From NCBI GenBank assembly GCA_040285855.1, contig JAUFOQ010000004.1:558001-622000 (forward strand): a stretch of 64,000 nucleotides of DNA. Reading direction: 5' to 3'. Origin of the DNA: Eukaryota sp. GEM-RC1. Its lineage: Eukaryota. A model generated the notes under the pieces. It saw only the letters and a program-made list of their open reading frames with translations. It had not been told where the DNA came from and searched no databases. This document shows positions 51,201 to 63,718 of this stretch, one piece after another; the first letter of the stretch is position 1, and each line of letters begins with the position of its first letter. A program made the translations under genes and the position numbers.

Positions 51201-52344
51201 AAGGTTACATGACGAGTTTGATTGAACTGCCTCAGAAATTGATTCAAATGACGAAGTCACTGGATCAAAAACTGATTTGGATCGTTCTGCAAGAATAGGA
51301 AAGTGTTCAAAAACCAATTGTGATTGAGCTTCAACTTGAATATCAACAGGAACTGAAACTGTGAGTGAAACATTCCTCTCCAACCAAGACTTGAATTTAG
51401 AGAACTCTGAAAGTTTAAACTCAATATCATCATTAGAAAACCTACATTGAGATAGAGAATTTTTAAAATAACAAGAATTTGAATCATCAACACAATCAAG
51501 GTTCAAGCCATAACAATTATATGAGCTTATTTGATCGAGAAACTGATTAGGGAGGTGATTGATGACGATATTATGTAGGACAACACCAGCTCTGATTGAT
51601 TGTTTCTCAGTTAATAACTTGCATATTGAGTCACAAAAATCAGAAGAAGACGATTCCAATACTTCACTTGGATTAAACGATTGATAGAGATCAGTATCAC
51701 GTACAACTGAATCAGGAATGATGACATCAAATTTTAAAAGATTGGCCAAATGCTGAGAAAACTGACTAGATGCCTCTTCATCAGCAGAATTAACAATAAT
51801 CACTGTAAACTCATTAGTTTTTGCCTGTCGGACTACATCCAGAAGAATCTCTGGTTCTGATACAGGTGAAGGTTTAATGAGAGAGAGATCAAAAGGTATA
51901 GGAAATCCTTGAACAAAAAGACCATAATACAAGAAGGGAACGGAGATCCTGGCGCGTGAATGTATCAGTAAGGATTGGGTGGAAAAGGTTGTGTATGTGA
52001 TGTGGATGGACATCAACGGAAACAGTTTCCCCAGGGGTAGTGAGTGAGAAAGAAGGTGAGACAAAGGAGCAGCATAGAAGTGGTAGTAGTTTGGTGAGAA
52101 GAGATTCGTTTATAGTGGGATTGAGGGAAAGGAACGGTTGAATAAGTGAAAGATGTAGAGATTGTGATATGTTTCTTGATTCAAGACTGGAAGTGAACTG
52201 AGAATGTCTCAACTGATAGATATCATCAGGTTCATGAAGAAAAAGACACTTATAGACGGCATCAAATAATGGAGTATGATACTCATCAGCTCCTAAAGTG
52301 TCTGAATAACAACCGGATAAGAGTCCAAGTGGTTGTAGAGGCAT
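48228..52344 (-). CDS. Divergent adenylate kinase 9-like protein (probable frameshift ~51920; 5' end uncertain)
   Basis: YHS-like repeats (GFCPMTL...GNPEFSAFFNG..FQF...E....FLLYP; YYCPFLL) and an AK9-type C-terminus LPVPDY...IYPGL.....LRAFNP. Confidence 0.65.
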
Positions 52345-52616
52345 GCTCTTAGTAATCCAAGATGATTGTAATTGTTAAGTCTGAAACTTTTGTTCCACAG
52401 CTTAAGACTTGAATTTACTGTGAATAAACTGACGATCAGTGCTGGACATGTGCTTGAAATCAGTACAACTATATCCAAATAGCACACATTTAAACGATAT
52501 ATAGATATCATGACGTTGTTTGAACACTTTCTGTATAAAACAAATAAGTAGATCAAATCTAAGAAAAAACGGTTGTTACTGCAGTTGTATTCAATGGAAC
52601 AAAAATAAAGAACTAA

Positions 52617-53507
52617 TTACCAGGTATTGCCGGAAGTTTCTCCCCAACCACTGGTTTCAGTGGTAGCGGGTTCACCCCATCCTTCGGCTTGGGTGGTTGT
52701 TTGTCCCCATTCCATACCAGCTTCAGGAGCTTCCCATGAACCAGTGTTGGTAGCACCGAAATCGAATTCTTGAACTTCGGGAGCAATGGGCTCGAGATCA
52801 CCAATGGGAGCAATGGGCATAGAAGTAGGTGCATCATGAAGAGCATCAGCAGTTTCTCTATTGAGTTCTTCCTCTTCCTTCTCGGCTTCACCGCGATGGA
52901 AGAAGAGATCGGGCATAACTTCCCATTCTTGAGTTCTGGGGATGGTACCTCTCATGCGAAGTACTTCACGACACAATAACCAGTACATGAAACCAACAGA
53001 CTTTTGACTTCTGTTGTTACAGGGGACGGCAACATCAACGTATCTTAAAGGAGAATCAGTGTTGCAGAGAGCAATAACGGGGATGTTAACGTAAGATGCT
53101 TCAGCGATGGCCTGATGATCTAATATGGGATCGGTGACGATAATAACACGGGGTTCAATAAATTCCTTTTGAACATAGTTAGTAAGAGAACCGGGACACC
53201 AGCGTCCAGCAACAGCGGTTGCACCAGTAAATCTTGCGAATTTGTGGGCAGCACGTTGACCATATTCGGAGTTGGAAACGATGACAACATCCTTGGGGTT
53301 TTCAATAGCAACCAAAATACGGGCAGCAAGAACAATTTTGTCCCAGGTATCAGCCAAGTTGATGATATGATGACCATTGGGGGATCGTTTGAAGATGTAG
53401 GCTTCCATGCCTTTGCCAAGATTCTTAGCTCCAAGATGGGTATCACAGAGCAAAAATCTTTGCATGTCTTCGGGGGCGCAAGCTAAAATAGAGGATTCCT
53501 GACTCAT
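52617..53507 (-). CDS. RPSA: 40S ribosomal protein SA (uS2)
   Basis: [66 protein letters not shown]. Confidence 0.98.
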   Translation of the reverse strand: MSQESSILACAPEDMQRFLLCDTHLGAKNLGKGMEAYIFKRSPNGHHIINLADTWDKIVLAARILVAIENPKDVVIVSNSEYGQRAAHKFARFTGATAVAGRWCPGSLTNYVQKEFIEPRVIIVTDPILDHQAIAEASYVNIPVIALCNTDSPLRYVDVAVPCNNRSQKSVGFMYWLLCREVLRMRGTIPRTQEWEVMPDLFFHRGEAEKEEEELNRETADALHDAPTSMPIAPIGDLEPIAPEVQEFDFGATNTGSWEAPEAGMEWGQTTTQAEGWGEPATTETSGWGETSGNTW

Positions 53508-53983
53508 TTCGATATGTGAGGGCGACTACTCGGATAAGAAATAAAGGAGACATACATATAAATCAGATCAAGAAAAGGAATTCACGATATCAATGTCACA
53601 AGAACATAAGATTGACAGTCCTCTCTCCATTGCTCCAAAAAGAGGATGGTTGTGTACATTGGTTTGACTAGTTGTGGTCTCGACTTGACATGGTGGATTT
53701 TCAACGTTTCTACGACTCTGATACATTTGATATCTCTTAACACCCCAACGATCACAATCTGTTTTAGCACTCTATCATTATTCTGCTACATTTTCCATAT
53801 ATTTGTTTACACACATAAGTTTAACCTCTATGCGACATTATTTCGTTGATTAAAGAAGACGTACGTATATGATCTATAAGCAGCGAGACCTTCTGATCTG
53901 CAATAGTTCATAATAGACCTCGAAATTCAGTTATCAAATTTTGCCTGCACCTTACTGATCTGACATTTTGCCGTTCTTCTCAT

Positions 53984-56364
53984 ATGACAGCTACTGTCGA
54001 TGACTCGACAAAACTTAATGGCGTATGTGCGTCTCCTATCTAACACCAGATCATCATGTCAATTTTCTTTTCCAAATCCACGTTGGGCATTTCCACATTC
54101 AATCTGTCATCACACACTCTATCAGTCCTCAGTGTCAATGATAATGATTCATTCGTTCATTTGCAACTCGGTATGTCCTTCTCATTGTCCTCATCCTTGC
54201 TAAATGGCAGCTGTGTCCTACCACCATTATCATTCCAATCTCTTCATCTCATCAACTTCTAGATGCTTGTCAATCTCCACTCGATGAACAGTCACCTCCA
54301 ATTGACGTACTCAAGTTAAAATCTCAACATTTTGCTCAATCAAACACCCTAGAATACATTAAAGAACTTGATTTTTTAGAATTACCCGGTGTTATACTAC
54401 CAGACCAAAAACCAATCGCCTTATCTCACGCGATTGACTTCAATTGTCCCTGTCAATTATCCTCGTTGTCAGCACTTATCTACCATTTGCAACACAACAT
54501 CTTCTTCTCTAAGAAGTCAAGTCTGTTCATAAGTAGTGTAGAGAAGTTTCATTTAGAAGGAACGTTGGCAATTGATCAAAACTCAATTCTGGCTCTAGAT
54601 ATCCTTCCAACTGGCAAACAATCATCGTTTAATCTTTTGGAAATGTTTTCTAAAACCTCAACTCCAATGGGAAGCAGGTTGATGAGCCTGTGGGTCTCCA
54701 GGCCTATTTCTGATTTGGAATTACTTGAAAAAGACAGAGTAATGTTGCATTCTTCACTCTTCATACAAATGCAACTTTAACTTCTCATTTAGAAATTGCT
54801 CTGAAGATGATTAAGGATGTGCAGAAGTTGTCAGTGAAACTTCGGAAAAAACAAATGAGTTTTGCTGATTACAAGGGAATTTATGATTCTTGTATTGGTT
54901 TGGCTAGTATTTATGAAATCACGTCATCATGTAAAGAAACTATTGATTTTTTTAATAGTTTTGTTGTGTTCTATCAAGATTTGGTGAATATCCATGACTT
55001 GCTTGAAAATACCATTGATTTCCTTCAAACCACCCAAAATCAAAAGTTCACTGCTAGAACTGGTTTCAACAAAGAACTGGACGATCTACGTCATCAGTAC
55101 AATACTTTAGAACACTTTCTAACAGACGCTGCCCAAGAAGAACTGGAAAGTATCCCAAGTGATGGAGTGATCTCTTCTGTAAACGTGGTCTATTATCCAC
55201 AACTGGGATTCTTGGTGGCGGTCGACCTTCAGGAACATGAGCATGTACCAGATTACTTTGAGATTCAGTTCACGACCACAGATTTTGCTTATTTTAAAAC
55301 ACCAAACTGTCGGAATCTTGATATTTCGACTGGAGATATTCACTCAATCATTTCTGATTTAGAACTTGATATTGAAAGGCAACTGCTTGATGATATTGAA
55401 CCCTACTTATCAGAGTCTTTTGAATTCAGCTTCAGTTGCAGCTGAATTGGATTGTGTAATGACGATGGCTAAACTAGCAATCGACAATCGTTACTGTAGA
55501 CCAAAATTATCAAAAGATGATATTATTGAAATAATTGATGGGCGTCATCCATTAGCTGAGAAACAAATGGACGTATTTGTACCAAATTCAACTCAACTAT
55601 CAAACCAAACTGGTAAAGTTCACTTACTTACTGGTCCAAACTTTTCTGGAAAATCAATATATTTAAAACAAGTTGGTCTCATCACATTTATGGCTCATCT
55701 CGGAAGCTTTGTCCCTGCCACGTCAGCAATCATTGGAGTTGTGGACTTCATTGGTACTAGAATCAGATCATTTGACTCACAATCAGTTACTGAAAGTTCT
55801 TTTATTTTAGACTCTCAACAGGTTGCTGGGATGTTGAAAGCAGCTACATCAAAATCTCTCTTATTGTTTGACGAGTATGGCAAAGGGACCAATACAATAG
55901 ATGGAGCCAGCTTAATGGGTGGAATATTACGGTATTTCTCTAATAGTAATAGTGCATCGCCAAAGGTTATCGCCACGTCACACTTTGCGGAACTAATTAC
56001 TGGTTCTCACGTGCCAGAATCAAATATTTTAAAAATGTTTAGGATGGATGTACACTCGGCTTCTAATTCTGAGTCCTTCAACAACACTTCTCTTACTTAC
56101 CTTTACCGAATGGTTCCTGGTCATTGTATAGACTCCTTCTCCTTTCATTGTGCTCTTTATTCGGGATTGGCTTTAGAGATTGTAGAAAGAGCGAAAACAG
56201 TGGCAGATTCATTTAGATCTAATAAGTTGATTAAACCTATAGGAAAAACTGATGCGTTTTGTGTAAAAGTTTGTAAGGATTTGCTTTCATTGAATTTAAA
56301 TGACTGTGATATCATGGAATTTATTAAAAAAGCTTCAGAATTAGCAAAGAGGAGATTTACTTAG
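53984..56364 (+). CDS. MSH5: Meiotic MutS homolog 5 (introns 54023-54049 and ~54171-54199; frameshifts ~54731, ~55419)
   Basis: VVYYPQLGFL, GRHPL, LTGPNFSGKSIYLKQVGLI.FMAHLGSFVPA, SSFILDSQQV, DEYGKGT...DG. Confidence 0.92.
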
Positions 56365-56759
56365 GTAAATACTGAAATTTCAGCTCAAAAGTGGATGCAC
56401 TGGAAACACTTGTTCGACAATAAAACAATCTTTAATTTTGTGTGATTCAATGAACGTTCTTTTAAAGACTTTACCAAACTTTATTCGGTGACCAAAAGGT
56501 AACATTCCTAAAGCACTGTGAAATTCCAAATTTGTACCAGTACCTACTAGTAGCTATCACGATCTTTTATTTTCCTCAACGTAAAAATCATCCTCAAAAA
56601 AGAGAAAAACGTGTTTGTGTGAAAAAAAGCTATATCTATTCAATGAAGGATTATTGTTGAGTCGAACACATAACAAGATGGTTATCATGAGTCGAACACA
56701 TAACAAGACGGTAGTTATCATAAATATATTGTAGTTTATAAGTACACTGTATGAGAATT

Positions 56760-59700
56760 TCAACCTTGAAAATGCCATGATCCCAACACCACTTCCCTAT
56801 ATATACCTCCGCCATATTTAATGTAATCTTCACAAAAGTTGTTCCTGATCGCATCAACTCCACATATGACATTATCGCCAATGATCGACACCCAACGAAG
56901 CAAGTTCGATCCAAATGACTCGCTTTTAAATTCTGTTAAGGCACTGGGAAAAGAGACAACGGTCATACTGTTTTGAAAAAAGCTCTCTCTCCAATAATGG
57001 AGACGGAACCAAAATCAATTTCATCTATCTGATTGTTTTCAAAAACTGACGTTTCAATAACTTGAAGATTAGGTGGAATCGTAACTGTAGTCAACACGTT
57101 GTTTTTGAAAGCACTTTCACCAATAACAGTAATATTGTCAGGGAAGTCAATTGATGATAATTCATTGTTTGCAAATGCATATTCCCCAATTTCCTTCAGA
57201 TTAATAGATAAATCAACAGACACAAGAAGATTATTCTGGAATGCAAATGATTGAACTACTTGAACAGTATCAGGAATTGAAACATCAACAAGATAATTAG
57301 ACCGGAACAAAGAGTGACTGATGACAGCCAAATTATCACCTAACGTAACAGAAGTCAAATTGTTGGATTCGAAGACGGATGTTCCAAGTACTGTGACAGA
57401 GTCGGGAATAATTACTTGTAGAAGCTGGTTGTTTCGGAAAGCTGCTGATCTGATTTCATTTAAAGTGGGGTTAAACTCAACGGTGGACATGCCGTTATAC
57501 TCCAAAGGCGGACTCGTCAATAGTCAAAAGGGTGTTTGGAAAAATAACATGACTTATGAAATTTTGCTCAAAGGCATGTTTTCCAATAACAGTAACTCCA
57601 TCATCAAAAGTGAGTGACGTTATTTGATTGTTTGCAAAGGCACCATCACCAATAACTCGAACCCCACAACCAAAATCCAGCTCTGTTAGCATATTGCCAT
57701 AAAAAGCGTTCTCACCCACACTTGAGGCATTGATTAAGAGGGAAGATAAACAATTGAGAGCAAAAGCTGATTCACCAATGAATTCCAATCCACCTCCCAG
57801 AGTAAGGTTTACTATGCTATTAGACTCAAAGGCATATTCCCCAATTTCCTTCAGATTAATAGATAAATTAACAGACACAAGAAGATTATCCTGGAATGCA
57901 AATGATTGAACTACTTGAACAGTATCAGGAATTGAAACATCAACAAGATAATTAGACTGGAACAAAGAGTGACTGATGACAGTCAAATTATCACCTAACG
58001 TAACAGAAGTCAAATTGTTGGATTCGAAGACGGATGTTCCAAGAACGGTGACAGAGTCGGGAATAATTACTTCTAGAAGCTGGTTGTTTCGGAAAGCTGC
58101 TGATCTGATTTCATTTAAAGTGGGGTTAAACTGAACGGTGGACATGCCGTTATACTCAAAAGCAGACTCGTCAATAGTCAAAAGGGTGTTTGGAAATATG
58201 ACATGACTTATGAAATTTTGCTCAAAGGCATGCTTTCCAATAAAAGTAACTCCATCATCAAAAGTGAGTGAAGTTATTTGATTGTTTGCAAAGGCACCAT
58301 CACCAATAACTCGAACCCCACAACCAAAATCCAGGTCTGTGATCATATTGCCATAAAAAGCGTTCTCACCTACACTTGAGGCATTGATCAAGAGGGAAGA
58401 TAAACAGTTGAGAGCAAAAGCTGATTCACCAATGAATTCCAATCCACCTCCCAGAGTAAGGTTTACTATGCTATTAGACTCAAACGCATATTTCCCAATT
58501 TCCTTCAGATTAATAGATAAATCAACAGACAAAAGAAGATTATCCTGGAATGCAAAGGATTGAACTACTTGAACAGTATCAGGAATTGAAACATCAACAA
58601 GATAATTAGACCGAACAAAGAGTGACTGATGACAGTCAAATTAACACCTAGCGTAACAGAAGTCAAATTGTTGGATTCGAAGACGGATGTTCCAAGTACT
58701 GTGACAGAGTCGGGAATAATTACTTCTAGAAGCTGGTTGTTTCGGAAAGCTGCTGATCTGATTTCATTTAAAGTGGGGTTAAACTCAACGGTGGACATGC
58801 CGTTATACTCAAAAGCAGACTCGTCAATAGTCAAAAGGGTGTTTGGAAAAATAACATGACTTATGAAATTTTGCTCAAAGGCATGTTTTCCAATAACAGT
58901 AACTCCATCATCAAAAGTGAGTGAAGTTATTTGATTGTTTGCAAAGGCACCATCACCAATAACTCGAACCCCACAACCAAAATCCAGGTCTGTTAGCATA
59001 TTGCCATAAAAAGCGTTCTCACCTACACTTGAGGCATTGATCAAGAGGGAAGATAAACAGTTGAGAGCAAAAGCTGATTCACCAATGAATTCCAATCCAC
59101 CTCCCAGAGTAAGGTTTACTATGCTATTAGACTCAAATGCATATTTCCCAATTTCCTTCAGATTAACAGATAAACCAACAGACACAAGAAGATTATCCTG
59201 GAATGCAAAGGATTGAACTACTTGAACAGTATCAGGAATTGAAACATCAACAAGATAATTAGACTGGAACAAAGAGTGACTGATGACAGTCAAATTATCA
59301 CCTAACGTAACAGAAGTCAAATTGTTGGATTCGAAGACGGATGTTCCAAGAACGGTGACAGAGTCGGGAATAATTACTTCTAGAAGCTGGTTGTTTCGGA
59401 AAGCTGCTGATCTGATTTCATTTAAAGTAGGGTTAAACTCAACGGTGGACATACCGTTATACTCAAAAGCAGACTCGTCGATAGTCAAAAGGGTGTTTGG
59501 AAAATTAGCATGACTTATGAAATTTTGCTCAAAGGCATGTTTTCCGATAACAGTAACTCCATCATCAAAAGTAAGTGACGTTATTTGATTGTTTGCAAAG
59601 GCACTATCACCAATAACTCGAACCCCACAACCAAAATCCAGGTCTGTGATCATATTGCCATAAAAAGCGTTCTCACCCACACTTGAGGCATTGATCAAGA

Positions 59701-62700
59701 GGGAAGATAAACAATTGAGAGCAAAAGCTGATTCACCAATGAATTCCAATCCATCTCCCAGAGTAAGGTTTACTATGCTATTAGACTCAAATGCATATTT
59801 CCCAATTTCCTTCAGATTAACAGATAAATCAACAGACACAAGAAGATTATCCTGGAATGCAAATGATTGAACTACTTGAACAGTATCAGGAATTGAAACA
59901 TCAACAAGATAATTAGACCGGAACAAAGAGTGACTGATGACAGTCAAATTATCACCTAGCGTAACAGAAGTCAAATTGTTGGATTCGAAGACGGATGTTC
60001 CAAGAACGGTGACAGAGTCGGGAATAATTACTTCTAGAAGCTGGTTGTTTCGGAAAGCTGCTGATCTGATTTCATTTAAAGTAGGGTTAAACTCAACGGT
60101 GGACATACCGTTATACTCAAAAGCAGACTCGTCAATAGTCAAAAGGGTGTTTGGAAAAATAACATGACTTATGAAATTTTGCTCAAAGGCATGTTTTCCA
60201 ATAACAGTAACTCCATCATCAAAAGTGAGTGACGTTATTTGATTGTTTGCAAAGGCACCATCACCAATAACTCGAACCCCACAACCAAAATCCAGGTCTG
60301 TGATCATATTGCCATAAAAAGCGTTCTCACCTACACTTGAGGCATTGATCAAGAGGGAAGATAAACAATTGAGAGCAAAAGCTGATTCACCAATGAATTC
60401 CAATCCATCTCCCAGAGTAAGGTTTACTATGCTATTAGACTCAAATGCATATTTCCCAATTTCCTTCAGATTAACAGATAAATCAACAGACACAAGAAGA
60501 TTATCCTGGAATGCAAATGATTGAACTACTTGAACAGTATCAGGAATTGAAACATCAACAAGATAATTAGACTGGAACAAAGAGTGACTGATGACAGTCA
60601 AATTATCACCTAGCGTAACAGAAGTCAAATTGTTGGATTCGAAGACGGATGTTCCAAGAACGGTGACAGAGTCGGGAATAATTACTTCTAGAAGCTGGTT
60701 GTTTCGGAAAGCTGCTGATCTGATTTCATTTAAAGTAGGGTTAAACTCAACGGTGGACATACCGTTATACTCAAAAGCAGACTCGTCGATAGTCAAAAGG
60801 GTGTTTGGAAAAATAACATGACTTATGAAATTTTGCTCAAAGGCATGTTTTCCAATAACAGTAACTCCATCATCAAAAGTGAGTGACGTTATTTGATTGT
60901 TTGCAAAGGCACCATCACCAATAACTCGAACCCCACAACCAAAATCCAGGTCTGTGATCATATTGCCATAAAAAGCGTTCCCACCTATACTTGAGGCATT
61001 GATTAAGAGGGAAGACAAATAGTTGAGAGCAAAAGCTGATTCACCAATGAATTCCAATCCACCTCCCAGAGTAAGGTTTACTATGCTATTAGACTCAAAG
61101 GCATATTCCCCAATTTCCTTCAGATTAATAGATAAATTAACAGACACAAGAAGATTATTCTGGAATGCAAAGGATTGAACTACTTGAACAGTATCAGGAA
61201 TTGAAACATCAACAAGATAATTAGAGCGGAACAAAGAGTGACTGATGACAGTCAAATTATCACCTAACGTAACAGAAGTCAAATTGTTGGATTCGAAGAC
61301 GGATGTTCCAAGTACTGTGACAGAGTCGGGAATAATTACTTCTAGAAGCTGGTTGTTTCGGAAAGCTGCTGATCTGATTTCATTTAAAGTGGGGTTAAAC
61401 TCAACGGTGGACATGCCGTTATACTCAAAAGCAGACTCGTCAATAGTCAAAAGGGTGTTTGGAAAAATAGCATGACTTATGAAATTTTGCTCAAATGAAT
61501 GTTTTCCAATAACAGTAACTCCATCATCAAAAGTGAGTGACGTTATTTGATTGTTTGCAAAGGCACTATCACCAATAACTCGAACCCCACAACCAAAATC
61601 TAGCTCTGTGATAATATTGCCATAAAAAGCGTTCTCACCTACTCTTGAGGCATTGATCGAGAGGGAAGATAAAAAGTTGAGAGCAAAAGCTGATTCACCA
61701 ATGAATTCCAATCCACCTCCCAGAGTAAGGTTTACTATGCTATTAGACTCAAACGCTGACCGCTCGATTCGTGAAACAACATCAGGAATAGTCAATGACG
61801 TGATGCGATTGTCTTTAAAAACACTGCTCTGAATGATTTCCAAACTACTTCCAAGAACAACAGTTTCCAGTTTGTTATTGGAAAATGCTGATGCATTAAT
61901 AGATTCAACACTATCGGGGATCAAAATGGATTTCAAAGAGTTGTTTCGAAAGCAATCAATGCCAATGACATTAACACTGGATCCAATAGTAACGTTCTCC
62001 AAGAAGTTATCAGCAAAGGCTTCAAGCCCAAGTTCAATTACTGAATCTGGAATAACAACAGAAACCAACTCAAAATTTTGAAAAGCCTTGTTGTGAATTG
62101 AGACTATTTGAACACCGTTAATACTGGACGGAATCTCAACATGTACTCCAAAGGTTTTATCATATCCCGTTAGATCTCCCAAGGTAAAGTCTACAGTGAA
62201 TCCATGGGGATTCAACACCACGGTAATCAGGTTAGAAGAATCTACGTCAATTACCATTGTCTTTTCCAAGTAACTGGGATTCATAACAACTACTTCATAG
62301 ACACCAGGGATCAACTCTGGTACAGAAACGGTTCCTTCGACGTCACCATCAATTATAAAAACGTCATCATGGTCCAAAACAAACTTAACTCGAGGATAAT
62401 CGATTGCCACTAAGGTCTCAGCATTAAGAACATTGAATTCAAGAGAGAAGACCACCAAGTCGAGAGAAAATTGAAGGGAATCATCATCTTTGACCACGTT
62501 GTAGGGAAATGATTTAGGAATATATCCATCGAGCTGTAAGTGGAAAACGTAAGAACCGTACGCCAAATTTTCAAGTACGAATCTTCCTTCTTCATCAGTA
62601 AAGGTTTGAAACACCCCAAAATCAATGGAAGATAGGGAAACATTAACATTTGTAAGTGCAATTGAGTTATGTGCAATGATACCAGAAACATTGAAAACCT

Positions 62701-63718
62701 TTGTTCTGAAGACAAACATAAACGACAGAACAAGGAGCAGAACAAGAAAGCAAATACCAGCAGCAATCGCAAGTAATTTAAAAATCTCTTGTTTCTTTAT
62801 CTCTTTCTTCTTTGGTGGTCTGTCTAACAAGAGATTTGCAGAGAGTGGCTTAGGGTCTGTGGACATTTCAATAAGAGTTATACCATCGAGTAAAGAGGAA
62901 TCGCACTCCAAGGAAGAGTCTGGAGAAGAATTGAAGCGATCAAGTAGTGTTTGGAAGTCAGAGTCAGAGGACTCAGCCAAAGGAGTTGATTTGAGACTTT
63001 TTTGCGCAAACTCAGATACTGTTACAGCAATGTAGTTCTGAGTGACAGGGTCAAAAGTAACAGCCTGGCCATCTTGGTTTGTAAGAAGAAGAGAAACAGA
63101 AAGATCAGAGTAAGCACATTCTGCACTTTGTTCAGAGAGCTTTCGCAGAACCATTTTAAGCTGGTCACAAGGATCTTGGGGAATATCATGACCTAAGGAG
63201 CGGATTAAAGAGAGATAGTTTTGAGTAATAGCAAAGAGCAGAGGAGGTTCATCATCATCATGTGATTGATCATATTCGACCTTACAGTTGTTGCACACTA
63301 GGAGAAGCTGTTCCCTGGGGATTTCCAGCACAACCGTAGCATACGACTCTAGAAAACAGCGGTAGCAATCATAAATGAAATCTGAATTACCAGTTGTTTC
63401 AACCAGCTTTTGAACAACGGAATCAGACAAGCCAATATTGAAAACTGTAATCAGAAAAATTGTTGGGTTGTCACCTACCTGTATTTTGAGTAGCATCGGA
63501 AACAGGTTTAACTGTTAGAAACAAGGGAACCACAACAGACGCAAACCTGTTGCCTACAATCTCCTGAAGACCGTAAATTTGATCTGATAGCCATGAATGT
63601 GGAAGTGTTCCTTCAGCATCACAAAGTAACGAAATATCCTGGAGTAAGAAAAAAAAAGATGATGTCAAACCTTAGTAGAACACGTGAATCCTAGACCTGC
63701 TTTATGTTCCTCATCCAT
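56760..63718 (-). CDS. ~2,300-aa type II membrane protein: degenerate PPDK-N domain + TM + carboxypeptidase-regulatory-like beta-sandwich domains + BspA (LRR_5) array
   Basis: Exons 63718-63671, 63638-63479 and 63444-56760 (introns 32 and 34 nt); single-base shifts at ~58611, ~57501 and ~56978; TM ~62710-62785; IPDSV..IG..AF..N.L repeats. The start at 63718 is provisional. Confidence 0.8.
57175..61755 (-). repeat. Intragenic tandem repeat, ~7 x 654 bp (218 aa, ~10 LRRs per unit)
   Basis: Equivalent antisense ORFs recur at 58629, 59283, 59937, 60591 and 61245 (period 654); units are near-identical. Confidence 0.95.

Noticed and set aside
56657..56722. Two copies of TGAGTCGAACACATAACAAGA 30 bp apart
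   Set aside because: Simple local duplication of two units; no array or evident function
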